Below the pieces are notes generated by a model that worked only from the letters and a program-made list of their open reading frames with translations, had not been told where the DNA came from and searched no databases. This document shows, piece after piece, positions 27,683 to 37,233 of a stretch of 64,000 nt of DNA. Every line of letters begins with the position of its first letter. Within the stretch, counting starts at the first letter, position 1. Origin of the DNA: a virus; the IMG/VR virus record IMGVR_UViG_3300027851_000016, positions 1 through 64,000 of that record, one strand, 5' to 3'. The position numbers and the translations under genes were made by a program.

Positions 27683-28871
27683 GGTTCTTGTCCTCGGTGG
27701 CGGGCTTGCTGGGATGACCGTGGCAAAGGCTCTTGCAGGCAGCCACGACGTGCGGGTGCTTGAGCAGGAGGACCGACTGGGTGGCCTGCTGCGTACGTTC
27801 CGTGGCACCGTAGACGGGGTCGGTGAGTTCCGCTTCGACATCGGTGGGCATTGGCTGCATCGGGACGGGTTCTCAGGTGTGGCCGACCTGTTCTCAGGAC
27901 TGGTCGAGCACGAGCGCCATGCCTTCGTGTACGTGAACGGGAAGCATGGGCGGTTCCCGATTCAGGCGTTCTACGATGACGTGTTTGATGGGGAGACAGC
28001 CGTAAGCATCTGTGAGGAGTTGGCAAACAGGACAGACGACCAGCCCAGGTCATACGCTGACATGCTGCAGAAGAGCTATGGGGAGACGCTGTTCGACAGG
28101 TTCTTCGAGCCGTACAACCGCAAGCTGTTCGGTGTGCCAGACCTGACACCCATCAGCTTCGGTGAGTTGGAGTTGGTGCGGAACGTTAGAGTCGGAGACA
28201 AGGCGGGGTACAACAGCACGTTCCTGTATCCCGACGGGCAGGGCATCGAGTCGCTGATTGAGGACCTGAAGGATGACCGCGTCGAGTACATCCTTGATGA
28301 GATGGCAGTGCACGTCGATACGCAGGCGCACATCGTGACCTGTGCAGACGGTACCCCGTACACGTATGACGTACTCGTATCGACAGTCCCGCTCGACATG
28401 CTCACTGCGATGGTAGGCGAGCCGCTATACCTGCTGGGGTCTCAGGGACTTGTGATGAACATGGGGGTCAAGAAGAACCCGAATCACGTCGGAAAGAACT
28501 GGGTGTACTACCCAGATGATGGTCTGCCGTTCTACCGTGTCGGTCTGTATAGCGAAGCCGACCCGACTGCTGCTCCTGAAGGGTACGTGGCAATGTACGT
28601 CGAGGTGTCCACACTGCGCCCGTGGACCAACGCAGAGGTAATGCTGGGCCTGCAGAAGGTCGGGATGATTGAGAGTCCGACCGATGTGGTGCTGCAGCAG
28701 GCCGCGTACCTGCCGACGAACTACTGCTTCGCTGACCCGCGTGTTCCAGGGGTCTTGCAAGCATTCCGTTTGGCTGGTGTGCACTCGATTGGACGGTATG
28801 GGAGCTGGCACTGGTCGTCCATGCACGAGGATGTGAAGCAGGCGCTCGAACTGGCGGAGAGGATTCGGTAA
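27675..28871 (+). CDS. FAD-dependent oxidoreductase, UDP-galactopyranose-mutase-like
   Basis: VLGGGLAG Rossmann motif, LEQEDRLGG, FDIGGHWLH, FFEPYNRKLFG, FLYP..GI, PFYRV, GRYGSW...M. Confidence 0.75.
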   Translation: MSRVLVLGGGLAGMTVAKALAGSHDVRVLEQEDRLGGLLRTFRGTVDGVGEFRFDIGGHWLHRDGFSGVADLFSGLVEHERHAFVYVNGKHGRFPIQAFYDDVFDGETAVSICEELANRTDDQPRSYADMLQKSYGETLFDRFFEPYNRKLFGVPDLTPISFGELELVRNVRVGDKAGYNSTFLYPDGQGIESLIEDLKDDRVEYILDEMAVHVDTQAHIVTCADGTPYTYDVLVSTVPLDMLTAMVGEPLYLLGSQGLVMNMGVKKNPNHVGKNWVYYPDDGLPFYRVGLYSEADPTAAPEGYVAMYVEVSTLRPWTNAEVMLGLQKVGMIESPTDVVLQQAAYLPTNYCFADPRVPGVLQAFRLAGVHSIGRYGSWHWSSMHEDVKQALELAERIR

Positions 28872-29290
28872 TGATGTACGTTCGGTATCTGTGGACGGTC
28901 CTCAAGCACAAGTGGTTCGTCTTCGTTGAGTGCGCCAAAGAGGGAATCGCGTGGCGTGGGTTGATTCATGACATGAGCAAGTTCCTGCCAAGTGAGTGCA
29001 TTGCGTATGCAGAGTATTTCGAGGGTGACCCAGATGATAACGTGGCGTTCAATGCTGCGTGGGCATTGCACGTGAGGCGGAACGACCATCACTGGCTCCA
29101 TTGGCTTGTGGATGGTGAGGCGCAAGAGATGCCGTTTGAGGCTGTAGTCGAGATGGTCTGTGACTGGGTTGGGGCGGCGCGGGCGTACAAGGGTGATGGA
29201 ATTGTACCGTGGTACACCCAGAACGGTCCGAACATGGTGCTACATGCTAAGACCCGTGAACTGGTTGAGGAACTTGTGAGTGTGCGATGA
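28871..29290 (+). CDS. HD-superfamily hydrolase (DUF5662-like)
   Basis: HKWFV, IHDMSKF, H...NDHHW, EMVCDW. Confidence 0.75.
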   Translation: MMYVRYLWTVLKHKWFVFVECAKEGIAWRGLIHDMSKFLPSECIAYAEYFEGDPDDNVAFNAAWALHVRRNDHHWLHWLVDGEAQEMPFEAVVEMVCDWVGAARAYKGDGIVPWYTQNGPNMVLHAKTRELVEELVSVR

Positions 29291-30744
29291 GACTCCTGTA
29301 CCTGCCGCTGTACACGAACAAGAACCTGAATGGGGACAGCAGCTACAACGTCGCGTCGAAGTTCATCGCGAGTGCGGTCGAGCGTGGGTGGTTCGTACAC
29401 TGGGTACTGCCCCAGGTGGGTGGTGGTAGCCGCTTCCACTATGAGGGGTCGAGGGCTGCGATTGAGAACCACCCGCAGGTCCTCGTGCATCGTGTGCCCT
29501 CCATCGAGGACCAGTACATGCAGACAGGCGTGGTGCCTGCAGACGTGTTGTTCAGGCTGTTCAGTCAGCACCAGGGCAGGTATCACATCGACGCTGTGCT
29601 CACGGAGAAGCCTGCGAGTGCGGCGTATGTGCGTAAGTTGCTCCAGCACCCGTTCACACGTCCTGCGAAGGGCAAGAACAGGTGGCTCGGTAAGACTCCT
29701 GCACTGCCCATGTTCGTTCGCGACCCGTTCACGAAGTCCCAGGAACTGCACATCATCAGCGATGTCGAGGAGGTCGAGCAGTCTGTCGGGTACCTGACCA
29801 GCTACAGCATCTTCATGTGCCAGACGGACTTCGATATGGCCTCGAAGGTCGCGAAGCGGTACCTGAACTACGGGCAGGTCAAGAAGATGCAGGCTCGGTC
29901 GGTGGTGCTCCCGCCAGGTACGGCGACGGCAGAGTTGTTGCCCGTCAGGGAGGCGGCGGTCAAGCGGGACAGGTTCACTGTACTGATTGCCGAGCGTTTG
30001 AAGAACGGTGCGCTCATGGATTCGCTCGATGCAGTGGACTACATGTTCAAGCGTGGGTACCAGATGGATGTCGTAATCAGCTCGCAGTCGGAACTGAACC
30101 GCAAGACGCTCATGAACTACCCGACTGTCTTCGAGCACGCAGAACTGCACCCAGCGAACCCGAGAGACCAGTATCTGCCGCTGGCTGCGGCGTGCCACGC
30201 AACGATTACGATGCCCTCGACGCACAGCTACCCACAGGGTCTGATGGAGCGGCTGTACTTGGGACTCGTTGCGGTGCTGCCCGACTACCCATGGGTGCAC
30301 ACGTTGTTGCCCGACTATCCGTTCGTGGTGAAGCGGAACGTGAAGTCGATGGTGGCGATGCTCAAGTGGATTGAGGAGAACTACGAGGAGGCCAAGCAGA
30401 AGGTCGCCTGGGTGCCTGGGTACATCGAGGAGCACTACGATGCCCAGTTGCTGGCGGAGAAGACGATGCGGCATATCGAGGAGACGACGGCGCTGGTTCG
30501 CGCGAGTTCGGCACCATCGAGCGGGTTCTTGGAGTTGATTGACCAGTTCGACTTCGATGAGGCAGACGAAGAGACGCTGTTTGAGTACATGAAAGCGCAT
30601 TCGACCACGGGACTGTCGTTCAACAATGAGGGGAAGACTGCTGCGTTCGGCAGCTACAAGTCGCAGTTGTTCCAAGCGATGCGGCATCGTGGGTGGGAAG
30701 ACACGTGCGAGGGTCCGTTCGTGACGATGAGGAGGAAGAGCTGA
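29287..30744 (+). CDS. GT-B glycosyltransferase 1
   Basis: N-terminal MRLLY strand, VVLPPG, AERL, PS..SYPQGLMERLYLG (GT4-like E-x7-E region). Confidence 0.7.
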   Translation: MRLLYLPLYTNKNLNGDSSYNVASKFIASAVERGWFVHWVLPQVGGGSRFHYEGSRAAIENHPQVLVHRVPSIEDQYMQTGVVPADVLFRLFSQHQGRYHIDAVLTEKPASAAYVRKLLQHPFTRPAKGKNRWLGKTPALPMFVRDPFTKSQELHIISDVEEVEQSVGYLTSYSIFMCQTDFDMASKVAKRYLNYGQVKKMQARSVVLPPGTATAELLPVREAAVKRDRFTVLIAERLKNGALMDSLDAVDYMFKRGYQMDVVISSQSELNRKTLMNYPTVFEHAELHPANPRDQYLPLAAACHATITMPSTHSYPQGLMERLYLGLVAVLPDYPWVHTLLPDYPFVVKRNVKSMVAMLKWIEENYEEAKQKVAWVPGYIEEHYDAQLLAEKTMRHIEETTALVRASSAPSSGFLELIDQFDFDEADEETLFEYMKAHSTTGLSFNNEGKTAAFGSYKSQLFQAMRHRGWEDTCEGPFVTMRRKS

Positions 30745-31406
30745 TGTCGTTGTACGACAAGGACAAGATAGTTGGATGCTTCGAGAGCGAGGAGCAGTGG
30801 CGTGATGAGGCCGACGAGATAATCGCCATGCAGATGAGCTACCGCTCACACGCTTTGATGATGGGCAAGGTTGTTGACACGTTCTTCGATGTGGTCGAGC
30901 GGAACCATGGTGCAGCGACGGTTCTCGATGTCGGCTGTGGCACGGCCATGTTCCTCGACTACGTTCGTGAACAGTACGGTCTGCACCGTGTGGAGCGGTA
31001 CGTTGGGTACGAGTTGGTCACACGATTCGGGGAGAAGGCAGCGCAGAAGCTCGAAGACTATGGTGTCCGTGGAGCGATTGTGGGTGCCGACTTCTTCGAC
31101 CTGGGGACCACCGCAGCACCAGCTGACCTGGTGATTGCCTCGCAGTGTCTGAACACGGTGTTCAGCGATGACCCGCTGGCCTTCATCGCGATGGCAGTGG
31201 ACCAGCTGTGGTCGATGACGCGGCACTCGCTCGTGTTCGACCTGAAGGATGTGGCTGCTCCGAGGATTCTCGACCCGCACCTGCGGACGTACTACGACCC
31301 TGTGTACGTGTACAAGGTGTGCCGTGACCACACGGTGAACGTCACAGTCAGCCAGACCACGAAGGCGAACTTCACGGTGGTCATGTCGCGGGAGGAGCTG
31401 TACTGA
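30744..31406 (+). CDS. class I SAM-dependent methyltransferase
   Basis: TVLDVGCGTA, YVGYEL, ADFFD, DLVIASQCLN. Confidence 0.88.
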   Translation: MSLYDKDKIVGCFESEEQWRDEADEIIAMQMSYRSHALMMGKVVDTFFDVVERNHGAATVLDVGCGTAMFLDYVREQYGLHRVERYVGYELVTRFGEKAAQKLEDYGVRGAIVGADFFDLGTTAAPADLVIASQCLNTVFSDDPLAFIAMAVDQLWSMTRHSLVFDLKDVAAPRILDPHLRTYYDPVYVYKVCRDHTVNVTVSQTTKANFTVVMSREELY

Positions 31407-32551
31407 TGATTCTGCTTCTCGGCAAGGGGGAGGGTCTGCAGGCTCTGACCGATGTGTTTGCTGGTGAGGATGCGGTTGCACTCACTGATGCGGGCAGGAC
31501 ACCTGACGAACTGTGTGCGGATGTCCGAAGTGTCCTAGAAGTCCACGAGTTCGAGTTCGCCGTGGCTAATGGACTGTCTTGTGCGAAGGCCCTGGACGTA
31601 CTCGATGGTGTGGGTGTGCCCACGGTCGGCGCGACGACACAGGATTGGCATATCGAGATGGACAAGCCGTTCGGCAAGAAGTTGTGCGCCGAAGTCGGTG
31701 TAGGCACGAGCGAGTGGTGGACGGTGGACTTGGCTGACCTGGATGAAACGGAGTGGGAGTTTCCGTGCTACGTGAAGCATCGCAAGGCCATCGGCGGGAC
31801 GACCTCGTTCAAGGTGCACTCGAAGAAGCAGATACGAAACCTGATTCGTGCGTATGGCTACGAGCGCGGGTTCATCGTGGAGCTGCCACTTGCAGGCATC
31901 GAGTTCAGCATGAATGCGCTGATTGGTGCTGAGAACTGGCAGGTGATTGGTTGCAACTACGACATGAAGGGGCCGACAGGCAAGGTGGTCGGGAATGCCT
32001 ATGGTGCGGCTGGTGAGCATACAGCTTGGATTGAGGGGCAGCTTGCTCCGTTGTTCCAGGCGGTATGTGGGATGGGTTACCGAGGAGTGCTCGCCGTGAC
32101 GGTGTTCATGACCGACGAGGGACTTCGCATGATTGAGCTGAATGTACGTGTTGGGACAGGGTCGGGGTACACGTACCTGAACAACGTCTCGAACATGGCG
32201 GACATGCTGCGAGCCTGTGCGCTCGGGCAGAGCATCCCTGCACCGCAGTTCAAGCATCTGTACGGGCTGTCGGTCACGGTGGACTCAGGCTTGAGGCGAG
32301 AAGCGTATGACCTTGAGGTCGGGCTTCTTGAGCCGCTGGGTGATGGTGTGGTGCTGGTCGAGAACAATGTGTACGACGGGATGAGCAACGGTGCCGCCCC
32401 GTACCTACTGGTCGGGTTCGGTGACTCGTCATTGCAGAGTGTTGGAGAGACCCTGATGGAGAACTTGAGGTGTTTGGATGTCCCACTGATGTCTAAGCCT
32501 GAACTAGACCTTGACCGTTTCGATAGACTGGCGGAGGTGCTGCCACGATGA
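31406..32551 (+). CDS. ATP-grasp ligase, PurD-like
   Basis: GVPTVG...IEMDKPFGKKLC..VGV, FPCYVK, VELPLAGIEFS, YRGVL, MIELNVRVG. Confidence 0.75.
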   Translation: MILLLGKGEGLQALTDVFAGEDAVALTDAGRTPDELCADVRSVLEVHEFEFAVANGLSCAKALDVLDGVGVPTVGATTQDWHIEMDKPFGKKLCAEVGVGTSEWWTVDLADLDETEWEFPCYVKHRKAIGGTTSFKVHSKKQIRNLIRAYGYERGFIVELPLAGIEFSMNALIGAENWQVIGCNYDMKGPTGKVVGNAYGAAGEHTAWIEGQLAPLFQAVCGMGYRGVLAVTVFMTDEGLRMIELNVRVGTGSGYTYLNNVSNMADMLRACALGQSIPAPQFKHLYGLSVTVDSGLRREAYDLEVGLLEPLGDGVVLVENNVYDGMSNGAAPYLLVGFGDSSLQSVGETLMENLRCLDVPLMSKPELDLDRFDRLAEVLPR

Positions 32552-33213
32552 AGATTGTCGTGCACCAGCCTGTGTTCCTGCCGTACCTTGGAGTGGTGGG
32601 CAAGATTGCACACGCGGACGGGCTTGTCCTGCTCGATGACGTGCAGTATGTCCGTCGTGGGTTCATGAATCGGAACCGCATCCTGACGAAGGATGGTGAG
32701 CACTGGCTGACCGTGCCCGTTCGAAAGGCTCCGCAGGATACGCAGGTCAAGGACATCGAAATCAGCTACGAGACCGACTGGCAGCGGCAGATGAAGCGTA
32801 CGCTGGAGATGGCGTATGGGAAGGCTCCGCACTTCGAGGCAACGATGGCGGCATTGCAGCCCTTGTGGGTAGCGAAGCCCAATCACCTGATGGACCTGAA
32901 TGTTCTGCTGCTTGAGCGAGTGTTGAAGTTCTTCGGGGTCAGTGTGCCTGTGTGGTGGAGCAGTGACTTCCCCCCTGTCGAGGACCCGACGCAGCGTTTG
33001 CTGGATAGGGTCGAGCGTGTTGGTGGCACTGTCTACGTGGCTGGTGCGAACGGGAAGGCGTACATGGAACTGACGGGGGACGAACGTGTGAAAGTACAGT
33101 TCGAGGAGTATGCTTGTCCCGAGTACGCGCAGTTCAACAGCACCGAGTTCGTACCGTACCTCTCGGTGGTGGACTACATGATGAACGTCGGGGCGGTGCG
33201 GAAAGCACTGTAG
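32548..33213 (+). CDS. wbqC: WbqC-like protein
   Basis: HQPVFLPYLG, LDDVQY..RGFMNRNRI, WLTVPV, AYGKAPHF, Y.AG.NG..Y, YAQF...FVPYLSVVDY.MN.G. Confidence 0.9.
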   Translation: MKIVVHQPVFLPYLGVVGKIAHADGLVLLDDVQYVRRGFMNRNRILTKDGEHWLTVPVRKAPQDTQVKDIEISYETDWQRQMKRTLEMAYGKAPHFEATMAALQPLWVAKPNHLMDLNVLLLERVLKFFGVSVPVWWSSDFPPVEDPTQRLLDRVERVGGTVYVAGANGKAYMELTGDERVKVQFEEYACPEYAQFNSTEFVPYLSVVDYMMNVGAVRKAL

Positions 33214-33239
33214 GATTGAACAGGACAGAGGAGGCAAGG

Positions 33240-33956
33240 ATGCTCGGATTCAGTGACCAGTGCGTTCTCGTTATCAGCCCGCACCAGGATGACCTCGAAA
33301 TCGGATGCGGTGGCATCGTTCAGAAGTTCCTCGCTGCTGGGAGCGACGTGCATGTCGTGCACGGTACGCTCGTAGACCTCGCAGGCACGTATCGCAAGTA
33401 TGACAAGGCGACTGATACGTACACGACGTACACGGGTGCCCAGCGGTTCGAGGAGACTCGCAGTGCGTTGGCGGTGCTTGGTGGTGCGAGTCCTGACGCG
33501 TGGCGCGGGATAGTGGTGCACGACCCGCTGTTCAGCAGTGACAAGCACCATCGAATCGACACGGTACCGCTGTCGGAGCGTATCGAGGTGCTGGAGTCGG
33601 TTATCAGTGCGGTGAAGCCTACCGTGCTCTTGTACGCAGCTGAGTCCTCGAACCAAGACCACGAAGCGCTTGCGCGCACCGTTCGCAGTGTCATGCGCCC
33701 GCATTTCTACAGTGGCATGGTCATCGAGTACGAGATTGGTGACGAGGTGGCGTTCGTCCCGAACTTGTTCGTGCCCATGACCGACCAGGAGTTGCGCAGG
33801 AAGCTCGATGCGTTCGAGGCGTACGAGACCCAGCAGAGTGGGGACCTGCACGTCGTCAGCGAGTGCGGTATCCAGTACAAGGCACAGTACCGAGGGAAGC
33901 AGTGCTACCACCCGTATGCGGAAGCGTTCCGAGTGCTGAGGATGGTGGCGGGGTGA
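33240..33956 (+). CDS. PIG-L/LmbE family N-deacetylase
   Basis: ISPHQDDLEIGCGG, R.EE, NQDH, PNLFV, Y.TQ, YAEAF; GAGGAGG RBS. Confidence 0.9.
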   Translation: MLGFSDQCVLVISPHQDDLEIGCGGIVQKFLAAGSDVHVVHGTLVDLAGTYRKYDKATDTYTTYTGAQRFEETRSALAVLGGASPDAWRGIVVHDPLFSSDKHHRIDTVPLSERIEVLESVISAVKPTVLLYAAESSNQDHEALARTVRSVMRPHFYSGMVIEYEIGDEVAFVPNLFVPMTDQELRRKLDAFEAYETQQSGDLHVVSECGIQYKAQYRGKQCYHPYAEAFRVLRMVAG

Positions 33957-35419
33957 TGCGAGTCCTGCTACCAGTCGGTGCTGTACGCGAGGGGTTCTAC
34001 GACGACGGTGTCATGCGCGTCGGGAACACGGGTATGCCAAGCATCTGGAAGGTGATTCGTGACTTCGGCAAGCTGAACAGCGACCGTGGCTGGTTCTACT
34101 ATGGGGCTGTGATGTACAGCAACAAGAACGCTGTCGAAGTGCTGCCACTGAAGGACATCAACGGCTCGCTCGTGCTGATGCACACGACCGACCGTACCTG
34201 GATTGAGGTCGGCACGTTCTACCTGACCAAGATGCTGATTCAGAAGTTCTCGTACAACGGCACGTGTCCTGTTGACTGTGTGCTCATGGGTGGCACGGTG
34301 GACGCGGCAGCATACCGCTACTACATGGCATACCGACATGGGCTGCAGCAGCGTCCGTTGCTGTTCTACCGCACGCACAATGGCGTGACCGAGAGTCCGT
34401 CGAGCAAGGAGTTGTGGTTCTCAGCGGCGAAGGACAACGCACAGGTGGTGAACAGCCTGGTGAACTTCGACCGTCTGTATCTGAGTGCTCCTCATCTGCT
34501 GGATGCGTACGTGAAGATAGCCAAGGGCTACCTGTCGTTCAGCGCGGTGAAGGACTTGATGGAACGGTTCGTGTACGCGCCGCAGGGGTCCCCTGCATTC
34601 GAGGGCGAACTGAACCTGGACAGGGGGAAGGTCGTCGGGTACTTCGGGCGGCTGAACGACACGCACAAGAATACCGACATGGTGTTCAGGGAGTTCGACA
34701 AGTTGTACAAGGCTGGTGCTGTGTCAGAGGTGCTGGTGACCAGTCCGATGGCCTCGGACAAGGACAAGCCGACGCTTGACCTGATTCCGTATGTGGACCT
34801 GAAGGTTCTTGGCATGGAGTACCTGAAGGAAGTCGAGCGTACGCGAGCGACGGTCGCGGCCTACGAGTCCATCGCCTGCCCCGTTGCGATGCTAGAGCAG
34901 ATGGCCCATGGGGTCGTGCCTGTCGTACCGAAGGACAGGATGTGGTCTCGGTCGTTCTTTGGGCATGAGTTCCCCGAGTATCCGTTCATGTACAGCAGTA
35001 AGTCGGAGATTGGGCCGATGCTGCGGCTGCTCATGGACAACGACGAGATGTACAAGATGTGGGCACAGAAGCTGTCGGACAGGGTACGTCAGCGGTACGA
35101 GTATCGAACGCTGAAGCGGTCCTTGTACGACGACATGCAGCAGCGGGTCGATGTGTACCCGAAGCCCAAGTACATGGACTTCGACCTGGAAGCGTTCCGT
35201 ACGTATAGGTTCGTGGCGGAGGCCGAAGAGTTGGCCGAGCGGCTGGGGGATGAGTTCACGTTCGACAGGTTCATGAAGGAGGCACAGCGTCTGCCCATGC
35301 GGGGTAGGGGTGGGGTGCCAGTGTTGAGCAACAAGGGTGTGCTCCGCCTGCTTGAGGCGATGGGGTACACCGACACGATGGATAGTGCAGACATTCGACT
35401 GAGGAGGACCCGTGCCTGA
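33956..35419 (+). CDS. GT-B glycosyltransferase 2 (paralog of 29287..30744)
   Basis: YFGRLNDTHKN, YES..CPVAMLEQMAHGVVPVVP; shares W...FP.YPF and the G(W/Y).DT C-terminus with GT1. Confidence 0.75.
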   Translation: MRVLLPVGAVREGFYDDGVMRVGNTGMPSIWKVIRDFGKLNSDRGWFYYGAVMYSNKNAVEVLPLKDINGSLVLMHTTDRTWIEVGTFYLTKMLIQKFSYNGTCPVDCVLMGGTVDAAAYRYYMAYRHGLQQRPLLFYRTHNGVTESPSSKELWFSAAKDNAQVVNSLVNFDRLYLSAPHLLDAYVKIAKGYLSFSAVKDLMERFVYAPQGSPAFEGELNLDRGKVVGYFGRLNDTHKNTDMVFREFDKLYKAGAVSEVLVTSPMASDKDKPTLDLIPYVDLKVLGMEYLKEVERTRATVAAYESIACPVAMLEQMAHGVVPVVPKDRMWSRSFFGHEFPEYPFMYSSKSEIGPMLRLLMDNDEMYKMWAQKLSDRVRQRYEYRTLKRSLYDDMQQRVDVYPKPKYMDFDLEAFRTYRFVAEAEELAERLGDEFTFDRFMKEAQRLPMRGRGGVPVLSNKGVLRLLEAMGYTDTMDSADIRLRRTRA

Positions 35420-36230
35420 CGAGAAGCGTATCGAGATAACGTACATCAGTGTCGATGACCTGGTGCCGATGGAAGAGAACCCGAACTTCCAGTCGGATGC
35501 AGTGTTCAACAACCTGGTGGACAACATCAGCAAGATTGGGATGGTCGAACCCATCATGGTCGCCCCGCTGCGGGACGAGGATGGCGCGATTATCGAGGGC
35601 AAGTACAAGATTGTCTCTGGTGAGCATCGGTACTTTGCCTGCAAGATGCTTGACTATGAAGAGGTGCCGACCATCGTCCAGATGGACTTCGATGACGACG
35701 CGGCGCGGTTCCAGCTGGTCCGCATGAACATGCTCAAGGGCAAGCTCGACCCCGTGAAGTTCACGAAGCTGTACAACCAGATGGCAGAGAAGTACGGCGA
35801 GGAACTGACCAAGGAACTGATGGGTCTGGTCGAGGAGGCGGCGTTCAAGAACCTGTACCTGCAGGTGAAGAAGGAACTGTCGCCAGAGATGCAGGAGAAG
35901 CTCGAAGAGTCGAAGGATGACATCAAGACGGTCGATGACCTGAGTCGCGTGCTGAACGAGATGTTCAGCAAGTATGGTGACACGCTGCATCAGCACTTCA
36001 TGGTGTTCCAGTACGGCGGCAAGACCCACCTGTGGGTGCAGATGTCGAAGGACTTGAAGAAGCGGATGATTGACCAGTACGTGGAGAAGCTGAAGGCGGG
36101 GAACTTCGACATGAACGAGTTCTTCGACAAGCTCATCCTGCAGTACGGAGACGCGGTCATGGAGACCATGGAGCCGATTGCCGTAGACGAGGATGAGGGC
36201 ATCTTCGTGGATTCCGAGGGCGTGCTCTGA
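35412..36230 (+). CDS. ParB/Srx N-terminal domain protein
   Basis: L.P.EENPN, ISKIGMVEPIMV, YKIVSGEHRYFACKML...EVP. Confidence 0.88.
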   Translation: MPDEKRIEITYISVDDLVPMEENPNFQSDAVFNNLVDNISKIGMVEPIMVAPLRDEDGAIIEGKYKIVSGEHRYFACKMLDYEEVPTIVQMDFDDDAARFQLVRMNMLKGKLDPVKFTKLYNQMAEKYGEELTKELMGLVEEAAFKNLYLQVKKELSPEMQEKLEESKDDIKTVDDLSRVLNEMFSKYGDTLHQHFMVFQYGGKTHLWVQMSKDLKKRMIDQYVEKLKAGNFDMNEFFDKLILQYGDAVMETMEPIAVDEDEGIFVDSEGVL

Positions 36231-36751
36231 TGAAGTTGGTGCGCCCGTCTGTGGAGTACAAGGATAGCTACCTCGTAGGACTGCACGAGTTTCGTATCGA
36301 CGGCATCTGTGTGGACTACGATGAGGCTGCGATTGCTGAGGACTTCGAAGGGTTCGTGCAACGACAGCTTGACGACTACGACGAGTCCAAGATTCCAGTC
36401 GGGCATGTCCCGTACCTGCGGCTGTGGGCCGTGCACGACGGAGAGTTCGTAGGGCACGTCACGATTCGATGCGGGATGAACGAGGACGTGTGGAAGAAGG
36501 GTAACGTCGGGTACGCTGTGGTGCCGTCGCGTCGGAGCCAAGGGTTCGGTAGGATGATGCTCGTTGAGGCGCTTGCACGGATAGAGCGGATGTGTGGAGA
36601 AGGACACTGGCACTGGATGGTGTTGGTGGTGTGCGGTGTGGCGAACACGTGGTCACGAAAGATAGCTGAGTCGTGTGGTGGTCGCTGGGTCGGGACGCAT
36701 GAACCAGATGGAAGCAAGGTCGTGTACCTCATGCCGATAGGTGGGTGCTGA
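36230..36751 (+). CDS. GNAT acetyltransferase
   Basis: GNVGYAVVPSRRSQGFGRMML, N..SRKIAESCGG. Confidence 0.88.
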   Translation: MKLVRPSVEYKDSYLVGLHEFRIDGICVDYDEAAIAEDFEGFVQRQLDDYDESKIPVGHVPYLRLWAVHDGEFVGHVTIRCGMNEDVWKKGNVGYAVVPSRRSQGFGRMMLVEALARIERMCGEGHWHWMVLVVCGVANTWSRKIAESCGGRWVGTHEPDGSKVVYLMPIGGC

Positions 36752-37233
36752 TGGATAAGCAGTACAGCGCGGAAGAGCACCAGCTGCTGGAGGCTGGACT
36801 CAAGTTCGTGCAGACGAGTGGTGTTCCCATGACGAAGGTGGCGTGGGGGCTGGCAAGCATCATCGGGAGACAGGACAACGCTGTGTACCATCGCATGCAG
36901 TCGATGGCCAGTGGCTCGTTCGACCCGACAGCTGAGCTGGACGAGGATGTGACCGACGAGGATGAACGACTCGACCGCAGGGTCGGTGAGGTCGTTGCTG
37001 CAAGAGTGGCGAGTATCAAGTCGTATGGAGCGCTCTGCGTGGTGGAGGGTACGACGCGGGCGCTGCTGCTACATGTCAGCGAGATAGCCGACGAGTACAT
37101 AGACGACGTGAACGAGTACCTGGCTGTCGGGGATGTCGTCCAGGCGATTCTCGTAGTGAGCACGAAAGAGGACAGGCTCGCCTTGTCAACGAAGCGCATT
37201 GGGACTGTCAAGCGGAAGACCCCGAAGGCGTGA
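36751..37233 (+). CDS. S1 RNA-binding domain protein with N-terminal HTH-like region
   Basis: VGEVVAARVASIKSYGALC...LLHVSEIADEYIDDVNEYLAVGDVV...RLALSTK; TGATG overlap. Confidence 0.85.
   Translation: MDKQYSAEEHQLLEAGLKFVQTSGVPMTKVAWGLASIIGRQDNAVYHRMQSMASGSFDPTAELDEDVTDEDERLDRRVGEVVAARVASIKSYGALCVVEGTTRALLLHVSEIADEYIDDVNEYLAVGDVVQAILVVSTKEDRLALSTKRIGTVKRKTPKA

Noticed and set aside
27675-28871. Protoporphyrinogen oxidase (hemY)
   Set aside because: Shares only the FAD fold; the PYN.K and GRYG.W motifs and glycosyltransferase context fit the UGM-like group better.
31406-32551. purD as an auxiliary purine biosynthesis gene
   Set aside because: The GxGGRE N-terminal motif and typical PurD C-terminal motifs are missing, no other pur genes are present, and the context is sugar tailoring.
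35412-36230. ParABS plasmid-prophage partition system
   Set aside because: No ParA ATPase nearby, and the gene is translationally coupled inside the modification operon.
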